A DNA stretch of 32,000 bases, taken from Halomicrobium mukohataei DSM 12286 (GTDB lineage Archaea; Halobacteriota; Halobacteria; Halobacteriales; Haloarculaceae). The position numbers and the translations under genes are program-made. The stretch's first letter is position 1. Every line of letters begins with the position of its first letter. Positions 25,973 through 32,000 of the stretch are shown one piece after another. The notes under the pieces are model-generated. The model saw only the letters and a program-made list of their open reading frames with translations. It searched no databases and was not told the DNA's origin. The stretch spans positions 120,001 to 152,000 of the forward strand of contig NC_013201.1 of assembly GCF_000023965.1 (NCBI RefSeq), read 5' to 3'.

Positions 25973-26869
25973 ATGACAAACGACACCACAGTAGCCACCG
26001 ACGGATCGACCGGCGAACAGCGCGACCTAATCGACGAGGGCGTCCCGTGGGAGACCGACCAGGATCCCTGGCCAGACGACTACCAGGCGGCCGCAACCTT
26101 CACGTTCGACCTCGACGCAGGCGAATTGTGGCGGGCGGCAGGGAGCGTCGACCCGGAGTTCGCACGGATCAGCTATCGGGGAGAGTACGGTCCCAAAGTC
26201 GGCGTCCCGCGGATCCTCGACGTGTTCGACCGCCACGATGCTCAGTGTACTTTCTTCGTCCCTGGGAAAGTCGCTGCCGACTGGCCGGCCGTCGTCCAGC
26301 GAATACACGCGGCGGGTCACGAGATCGCTCACCACGGATACACCCACGACTCGCCACGGAACATGCCCCCGGAACGTGAGGAGCGCGAGTTCAAGCAGGC
26401 ACTCGACCTGTTCGACGACCTCCTCGGGGAGACGCCCACTGGCTACCGGACACCCGGTGGCACGACGGATCAGACGATGGAACTGGTTCTGGCCGCCGGA
26501 ATGACATACGACGCCTCCTCGCAAGCGACGGACGTACCGTATCTGCGAGACAGCGGCGACCTCGTCGAGATCCCGAACTGCTACCTGCTGGACGACTTTG
26601 TCTACTGGGGGTACAACATGTCCCCGGCGTTTGAGTTCCAGGCAGGAATCGCGCCGGTTCAGCAGGTGTTCGAGGCCTGGCGGGCCGAATTCGAGGGGCT
26701 CTACGATCGCCGTCGGCTGTTCGTTCCGACGATGCATCCCCAAGTCGTGGGCCGAGCGAGTCGCGTAGACATGCTCGACCGCCTGCTGGAACGCGTGCTC
26801 GCTACCGACGACACCTGGGTTGGGACGTGCGCGGACGTTGCCTCGCACTGGCACGAATCAGTCGTCTGA
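25973..26869 (+). CDS. Polysaccharide-deacetylase (NodB homology, CE4) family protein
   Basis: An ATG at 25973 is preferred over the basic extension from 25874. Motifs include TFTFDLD, CTFFVPG, GHEIAHHGYTHD and TGYRTPGG. Confidence 0.8.
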   Translation: MTNDTTVATDGSTGEQRDLIDEGVPWETDQDPWPDDYQAAATFTFDLDAGELWRAAGSVDPEFARISYRGEYGPKVGVPRILDVFDRHDAQCTFFVPGKVAADWPAVVQRIHAAGHEIAHHGYTHDSPRNMPPEREEREFKQALDLFDDLLGETPTGYRTPGGTTDQTMELVLAAGMTYDASSQATDVPYLRDSGDLVEIPNCYLLDDFVYWGYNMSPAFEFQAGIAPVQQVFEAWRAEFEGLYDRRRLFVPTMHPQVVGRASRVDMLDRLLERVLATDDTWVGTCADVASHWHESVV

Positions 26870-26879
26870 ACGGACAGCC

Positions 26880-27083
26880 ATGGAACTGACAACGACGACA
26901 GACCGGGACGGCAGCGAGAGCCAACCGGATCGGTGCCGCGTGTCGACTGAGACTGCCGGCTATAACTGTTTCAAGATATTCGCGACCACGGGGTCGCGAA
27001 ATTCAGTACAGACGTACAGCCGGCAGTATGAGCACCGGCCGGAGGCGTTCGCGACGACCTTCCCCGACGGGTGTCCGACATGA
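26880..27083 (+). CDS. Candidate 67-aa protein of unknown function, wedged between the deacetylase and MATE genes
   Basis: The ATG lies 10 nt after the deacetylase stop, and its TGA (27081-27083) overlaps the ATG at 27080 of the MATE gene (ATGA). Sequence MELTTTTDRDGSESQPDRCRVSTETAGYNCFKIF...; about 75% GC3 by hand count. I recognise no family. Confidence 0.4.
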   Translation: MELTTTTDRDGSESQPDRCRVSTETAGYNCFKIFATTGSRNSVQTYSRQYEHRPEAFATTFPDGCPT

Positions 27084-28492
27084 CTCTGTGGGGGCGACTC
27101 CGTGCTCTCTTCGACGGCCCGACCGACGACCTAACGACCGGCGGGATAGCCAGGCCGTTGCTCTGGCTTGCCATCCCTATCGCCGTGACGAACGCGCTCC
27201 AGACGGCGTACAACCTCGCCGACACGCTCTGGATCGGCCGATACAGCACCACGTCCCTCGCCGCGATGAGCTTCGCGTTTCCGATGGTGTACCTGCTGTT
27301 GTCTCTCGGTCTCGGCGTGTCGGTCGCCGGGAGTGTCCTCGTCGCCCAGCACACGGGCGCTGAAGACACGGAGGAAGCCAACTTCGTCGCCTCGCAGACG
27401 ATCACGTACGCGGCCGTCGCCTCCGTCGTTCTCGGTGCGATCGGCTACCTCTTCGTCGACGACCTGCTGGCGGTACTGGGTGCCTCGGGGGCCGTCCTCA
27501 CCGAAGCGACCGCGTACCTCCGGATCATCTCGCTGGGCATCGGGTTCCTCTTCACGTTCGTCGTGTTCATCTCGCTGCTTCGGGGCTACGGCGACACAGT
27601 CACGCCGATGCTGGTCATGTTCGGCTCCGTCGTCCTCAACGTTGCCCTGGACCCGATCCTCATATACGGATGGGGTCCAGTGCCCGAGCTCGGAATTCGG
27701 GGTGCTGCGTTTGCGACGGTCGCCTGTCGTGGACTCGCGGCAGCCTTCGGCGTCGCTCTCCTCCTGTACGGGACCCAGGGGTTACAGATTCGGCCCGCAA
27801 AGATGATCCCCGATATCGAATTCGGAAAAAAGATCGGTCGTGTCGGGCTGCCGTCTGCCGTCGAAGAGGGTGCGCGTGCGCTCGCTATCAACCTCATGCT
27901 GTTCATCGTCGGACTGTTCCCAACGGCCGTTGTCGCGGGCTACGGCGTCGGCATCCGCGTCTTCTCGCTGGTGGTCCTCCCCGCTGTCGCGTTCGCGAGC
28001 GGCGTCGAGACGATGGCCGGGCAGAACATCGGCGCGAGAGAACACGACCGCGCCGAGCGGACCGTCTCGTTCGCGGCGGTCGCCCTGTTCGGTGTGCTGA
28101 CGTTCGTCGGGCTGGTCGTGTGGGTCGGTGCACCTGTCATCGTGGACGTGTTCACCCGAGACCCGGATGTCGTCGCAGCCGGGGCGACCTTCCTTCGATT
28201 CGTCGCTCCGACGTTCGGATTCATCGGGGTCCGGCGGGCGTTCAACGCGGGCTTTCGCGGCGCCGGCAAGACAGGCACCGCCGCGATCATCGTCGTCGGC
28301 GTCCTCGGCGTCGTTCGCCTCTCGACAGCCTACGGCGCGGCCGACATCCTCGGACCGACCGGGATCTGGCTCGGGTTCGCACTGTCGAACGTCGTCGGCG
28401 GCCTCCTTGCGTTCGCCTGGTACTCCCGGGGGACGTGGCGGGGCACCGACCTGATGGGAGACGCCGGCCCAGAGCCGGCGGACGACGACTGA
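27080..28492 (+). CDS. MATE-family efflux transporter (candidate siderophore exporter)
   Basis: About 12 TM segments. MATE-typical N-terminus LLWLAIPIAVTNALQTAYNLADTLWIGR and an internal duplication. An alternative GTG start is at 27071. Confidence 0.85.
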   Translation: MTLWGRLRALFDGPTDDLTTGGIARPLLWLAIPIAVTNALQTAYNLADTLWIGRYSTTSLAAMSFAFPMVYLLLSLGLGVSVAGSVLVAQHTGAEDTEEANFVASQTITYAAVASVVLGAIGYLFVDDLLAVLGASGAVLTEATAYLRIISLGIGFLFTFVVFISLLRGYGDTVTPMLVMFGSVVLNVALDPILIYGWGPVPELGIRGAAFATVACRGLAAAFGVALLLYGTQGLQIRPAKMIPDIEFGKKIGRVGLPSAVEEGARALAINLMLFIVGLFPTAVVAGYGVGIRVFSLVVLPAVAFASGVETMAGQNIGAREHDRAERTVSFAAVALFGVLTFVGLVVWVGAPVIVDVFTRDPDVVAAGATFLRFVAPTFGFIGVRRAFNAGFRGAGKTGTAAIIVVGVLGVVRLSTAYGAADILGPTGIWLGFALSNVVGGLLAFAWYSRGTWRGTDLMGDAGPEPADDD

Positions 28493-28573
28493 CGGTCCCA
28501 CACGACCTTTCAGGCGGGAGCAGTTCGTGAAAAGACAGTTACTCCCACTCCATCACCGAAGACTCGCGGAGGA

Positions 28574-29755
28574 TCAGGCGCTGTCCGTGACGATCTCGGC
28601 GACGCGCTGGTGGTCGAACAGCTGGTCCTCCGTAAAGATGTCTGGGAAGAACGACTGGGCGAACCGTTCGAGCAGGAAGAGGTTGTGGAGCGGCCCCGCG
28701 TAAATCGGACCGCCACGGAACACTGTCTCGTTCTCGACGGCAGTCAACTGGCTGGCGACGGAGTGCTCTCGCATGAACGAGAGGACCGTGTTACGGAACT
28801 CTTCTCTGGACTTGTCGCCGTGGCCACGGAGGAGGATTGCGTCCGGGTCGACTTCGAGCAGCGTCTCGTAGTCGAGAGTGCCTCGGTCCGTGGTCGAGAG
28901 GCCGTCGACGCCGGTACCAGCGAACGCGTCGGTGATCCCGAGCGTGTGGAAGTGCTCCTTGTTCGCGCCCTTTCCAGAGAGCCGGTACGGATAGAACTCT
29001 TCGGGCTCGTTCTCGCCCTGCCACACCAGCGCAGCGTTCGGCCGCGCGTCCGGCCCCGGCACCCGAGCTTCGACATCGGCGACGACGTCGTCGTGAATGG
29101 ACCGGATCGCCTCGTAGCGCTCGCGTTCCTGGAAGACCGCCGCAACTTTCTCGAAAGCCTCGTACAGGGTGTAGTAGCGATACGTGTGCCAGTCGTCCGT
29201 CCGGCGGAAGATCGTGTTCCCGAAGAACGGTGCAATCTCGGACTCTAACTCCTCGATGTCTGACTGTTCGATGTTCTTGTACTTGTTGACGAGGAGGTTC
29301 GGATCCATCAGGTGCAAATCCCCTCCGATGTCGTAGAACACCTCCTTGGCGATACCGTCGCTGTATAGCTGTGTCAGTGCTGATACGTCTATCGAGACCC
29401 CATCCAGTTCGTCGTAGTGACGCGTAACGTAACGGGACTTGTACCAGACGGACTCCACTGCATCGCCGTGGCCCAGTGCAACCATCATGTCGATGTAGTC
29501 CGGATTGTAGACCGTCACCGACTCAGGGACACTGTCGAACTCGACGTCGCCTACTGGTTCCATCGTGACCGTGTACGACCGATTCTCCGTAGTGGTCTCG
29601 GCCTGGGTCTCAGAGGTCGTCGGTTGCTCCGTCGAGATCGACTCCGATTCGCTCTCGGAACAGCCGGCGAGAAGGCCGACGCCGAGGAGTGTGGTGCCGC
29701 CTTTGATGTATTCTCTGCGCGTCGGTACCCGGTGCGTGGTGTCATCCAGCGCCAT
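28574..29755 (-). CDS. Iron-siderophore-type ABC substrate-binding lipoprotein (FhuD/BtuF-like, PBP type 8), Tat-exported
   Basis: Twin-arginine motif TRREYIK and lipobox LLAGCS, then a Ser/Glu/Thr linker and a periplasmic-binding-protein body (ILLRGHGDKS..., GGPIYAGP). Two iron-box-like palindromes lie immediately upstream. Confidence 0.8.
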   Translation of the reverse strand: MALDDTTHRVPTRREYIKGGTTLLGVGLLAGCSESESESISTEQPTTSETQAETTTENRSYTVTMEPVGDVEFDSVPESVTVYNPDYIDMMVALGHGDAVESVWYKSRYVTRHYDELDGVSIDVSALTQLYSDGIAKEVFYDIGGDLHLMDPNLLVNKYKNIEQSDIEELESEIAPFFGNTIFRRTDDWHTYRYYTLYEAFEKVAAVFQERERYEAIRSIHDDVVADVEARVPGPDARPNAALVWQGENEPEEFYPYRLSGKGANKEHFHTLGITDAFAGTGVDGLSTTDRGTLDYETLLEVDPDAILLRGHGDKSREEFRNTVLSFMREHSVASQLTAVENETVFRGGPIYAGPLHNLFLLERFAQSFFPDIFTEDQLFDHQRVAEIVTDSA

Positions 29756-29757
29756 AA

Positions 29758-29776
29758 TTTTAGGCTAACCTTAAAA
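29758..29776 (-). promoter_or_regulatory. Iron-box-like palindrome, site e: TTTTAGGCTAACCTTAAAA
   Basis: Lies 2 nt upstream of the binding-protein ATG (minus strand). The minus-strand reading contains AGGTTAGCCTAA. Confidence 0.6.
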
Positions 29777-29794
29777 TACAAAAGCGTGTCGAAT

Positions 29795-29812
29795 TTTTAG
29801 TCTTACCTAAAA
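29795..29812 (-). promoter_or_regulatory. Iron-box-like palindrome, site f: TTTTAGTCTTACCTAAAA
   Basis: Second copy, about 36-37 bp centre-to-centre from site e. This matches the paired spacing of sites a and b. Confidence 0.5.
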
Positions 29813-30154
29813 TATAGGCCGGCGGACGAAACTGCCGCTAGTAGATTTATTGTCGTCCTAGACATTCAAATAATGCTGCATTCGCACAAATTTGGCTGGT
29901 TTGTGCCAGTCGCCAAGATTGGACTCCACTGCTCTATCGAAAATGCGGGACGGGAGTGGGATCATAGTGTCTCGGCGAGTTTCTTGATATTGTTGAGCGT
30001 GAACAGGAGGATGCTCTCACGGAACTGCCGATGGTAGTTCTAATTCCCACGGGAAAGTAACGCCGGCGGTCTGGGCTTTGACAAGAATCGTTCGAGACGC
30101 TTTAGCAACCGCCTCTCGAAATTCACACTACTGGAAAAGTCACCAGAGTAGCTG

Positions 30155-30346
30155 TTAGCAGCAGTCGCTTCCAGCGCCGCAGACCTCACCGTACTCGAGA
30201 CCAATCCCGTCGTTGATCGCTTCGTTACACTCGGTCAGCAGTGACTCGAACTCGTCAGCAGTCACCTCCGACTGTGCCATATCGAGGTCTTCACCGAGCG
30301 CTTCAGCGGCGATCAGAACTTCATCGTCGGAGGCGCTCAACAGCAC
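30155..30346 (-). CDS. Small acidic protein ending in ...VCGAGSDCC (vicinal C-terminal cysteines)
   Basis: The GTG start overlaps the stop of the upstream YlbF-like gene by 10 nt. The product is very acidic; a shorter ATG start (MAQSEV...) is possible. I recognise no family. Confidence 0.5.
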   Translation of the reverse strand: MLLSASDDEVLIAAEALGEDLDMAQSEVTADEFESLLTECNEAINDGIGLEYGEVCGAGSDCC

Positions 30347-30705
30347 CCACCTCCGGATGACTGCGCGAACTCCCGCCTGATCTGTTCGCTGATCACATCG
30401 TTCGTCTGTTCGAGTAGCGCCACGAGTTCCTCTTGCGCTGCCCGATGCTGTTGGATCGTCTCGTTGTTCGAGAGTTCGGTCTGTAGCTCCTGTAATTCGC
30501 TCATGACTGACGAGTCGAACTCGTCTCGCTGTAACTCCTGTTGTTTTTCTTGGTACGTTTCGAGCAGAGACTGCGCCTCCTCGTCGGCCTCGAGTTGTTC
30601 GCTCGCGTCGACGAACTGCTGATAGGTCTCCGAGTCTCGGAGCGTCTCGATGAACGCCTGCAACGACGCTTCGACGGCTGGTGCCTCCGATACACTTTCG
30701 CTCAC
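30337..30705 (-). CDS. YlbF/YmcA-like helical protein ending in ...SSGGGCC
   Basis: The GTG start overlaps the arsA stop (GTGA). Helical, Gln/Glu-rich sequence FIETLRDSETYQQFVDASEQLEADEEAQSLLETYQEKQQEL resembles the Com_YlbF family. The C-terminus is Cys-Cys. Confidence 0.7.
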   Translation of the reverse strand: MSESVSEAPAVEASLQAFIETLRDSETYQQFVDASEQLEADEEAQSLLETYQEKQQELQRDEFDSSVMSELQELQTELSNNETIQQHRAAQEELVALLEQTNDVISEQIRREFAQSSGGGCC

Positions 30706-32000
30706 GACACCGTCACCTCCTGTTCCGTCTCCGTAGTGAGTGCGTCCAGTCCGGTGATCTCTTCACCGAACGCGCGTAGTTCGTCCAGTCCAATCGGCTC
30801 GTCCTGACGTAGCGGGGCGAGCATCATCGGCACGTCGAACCGATCGTTGATCTTGCCGAGGTACTCCGCCTGCTGAGCGCGGCGATTCTCGAAGAAGGCG
30901 TTGTCACCGTATTCCTCGGGGAGCAGGTAGTTTGTGACCACCAGCGAAGTCTCGATCCCGACTTGATCTTTGAGGTCTGCGGCGGCCCGGTAGGCTTCCA
31001 TCATTGGGGTGTACTCAGGGTACATCACGAACGCGAACGTACTCCGTTCGGGGTCCTTCATCGTCTCGATGACCTCGTCGTACTGGTCGCCTTTCGCGGG
31101 CGCGGCACCCTTTGTCAGCGAACCCAAATCCATGAAGCCCTTCCAGTCGGAGGGGAGTTCGAGCAGTCGGAGCGTGTGTCCCGTGGGAGCGGTGTCAAAG
31201 ACGACGACATCGTAGCCGTCTTCGTCGAAGTAGCTCACGAACTTCTCGAGCGCGGCCATCTCTTCGGCACACGGAGACTCCAGTTCCTCTTCGACGTTCG
31301 CAATCGCCGCGTCCACGTCAATCTGTGTGTCCTCCTTGTCTTCGTACATCTCGGTGACGTGGTCGAGGACCTGCGTGCGGTACTCTTCGAGCGCTTTCTC
31401 CTGGTCAATCCGTGCCGCGTCGAGGTTTGCTTGACCGACCGATGTCGGCTCGTGGCCGACCGGTTCGCCGAAGATATCCTCAAGATGGGCGGCCGGGTCA
31501 GTTGTGACGACGAGCGTTTCGTGGCCAGCTTCGGCGAGTTTCGTCGCCGCCGTCGAGGCAATCGTACTCTTGCCGACGCCGCCCTTCCCAGTGAAGAAAA
31601 GATACCGCGTCTCATCGCCCGGTTGGAGCTGGTCGGCGACCGCCTCGGAGTCAGCCATCGACTCGAAGTCGACCGCAGTCTCTGCGTCTACATCGGTCGC
31701 CGTCCCAACGTCGACGGTCGCCTCGTCGCCGTCGTACAGTACGCCACCGACATCTGCGAGTAGATCGAGCCCTGCGATTTCGCCCGGCTGGAGTGGGTAC
31801 GTCGCCATCGCGTCGGCGTCGAACTCCGTCCGTGCGCGCTCGATAACTGCCTGCTCGTCTGCGCGTTTCCCCTGGAAGAACGGATCCTCACACACCGGCT
31901 CGGGGAGATAGCCGTTGATGATCAGCAGTTGGGACTCGATCCCAAGCTCGCCGAGGTCTCTTGCACTGCGCTCGATTTCGTCGATTGAGGAGTCCTCGGG
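30702..32000 (-). CDS. arsA: ArsA-family arsenite/antimonite-type ATPase, C-terminal half plus linker; 5' end outside the window
   Basis: The frame stays open past the listed start to nt 32000 (..LGIESQLLIINGYLPEPVCEDPFF..). P-loop FFTGKGGVGKST, TDPAAHL, the ArsA signature DTAPTGHTLRLL, and a conserved Cys context SPCAEEMAALEKF. Confidence 0.85.
   Translation of the reverse strand, partial: PEDSSIDEIERSARDLGELGIESQLLIINGYLPEPVCEDPFFQGKRADEQAVIERARTEFDADAMATYPLQPGEIAGLDLLADVGGVLYDGDEATVDVGTATDVDAETAVDFESMADSEAVADQLQPGDETRYLFFTGKGGVGKSTIASTAATKLAEAGHETLVVTTDPAAHLEDIFGEPVGHEPTSVGQANLDAARIDQEKALEEYRTQVLDHVTEMYEDKEDTQIDVDAAIANVEEELESPCAEEMAALEKFVSYFDEDGYDVVVFDTAPTGHTLRLLELPSDWKGFMDLGSLTKGAAPAKGDQYDEVIETMKDPERSTFAFVMYPEYTPMMEAYRAAADLKDQVGIETSLVVTNYLLPEEYGDNAFFENRRAQQAEYLGKINDRFDVPMMLAPLRQDEPIGLDELRAFGEEITGLDALTTETEQEVTVS

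Noticed and set aside
26979-27000. Perfect hairpin/palindrome TTCGCGACC-ACGG-GGTCGCGAA upstream of the MATE gene
   Set aside because: A 9-bp perfect inverted repeat with a short spacer is expected about once by chance in 32 kb. It lies inside the candidate 67-aa ORF, is not followed by a T-tract and is not repeated elsewhere in the window.

Overview
This window is a haloarchaeal (class Halobacteria) segment: GC-rich coding regions, very acidic predicted proteins, a Tat-lipoprotein signal, and many ATGA/GTGA start-stop overlaps. I found no rRNA, tRNA or CRISPR array.

Gene content, left to right:
- 1-2783: a ZnuABC-like metal ABC importer (binding protein, ATPase, permease).
- ~2800-13213: a low-GC, mosaic accessory stretch. 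It holds a frameshifted ISH3-family IS, a tyrosine integrase, an intact IS1595-family IS with a perfect 9-bp target duplication, and a 1490-aa secreted protein. That protein carries thrombospondin-type-3 Ca-binding repeats, a LamG-like module and a C-terminal HETGH metzincin-like module, and is translationally coupled to a small membrane protein. An IS5-family IS ends the stretch; it appears to have cut a SHOCT-domain gene just after its start codon.
- 13844-14846: a DUF302 protein and a SAM-dependent methyltransferase.
- 14990-29815: an NRPS-independent siderophore (NIS) locus. It starts with a stand-alone IucC/DesD-like synthetase. A tightly coupled operon follows: dat, ddc, iucA-like, iucB-like, iucD-like, a second iucA-like paralogue, a NodB-family deacetylase, a 67-aa ORF and a MATE exporter. 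A convergent Tat-lipoprotein siderophore-binding protein closes the locus.
- 30155-32000: an arsA gene (partial) coupled to a YlbF-like protein and a small acidic protein, both ending in Cys-Cys.

Most notable non-coding signal: six copies of the palindrome TTTTAGG-N4-CCTAAAA. It matches the core of the DtxR/IdeR operator. Copies sit directly in front of the siderophore transcription units, and one orphan pair precedes a roughly 175-nt unit with no annotated gene.

All calls come from reading the sequence and recalling protein-family motifs; no database search was possible.
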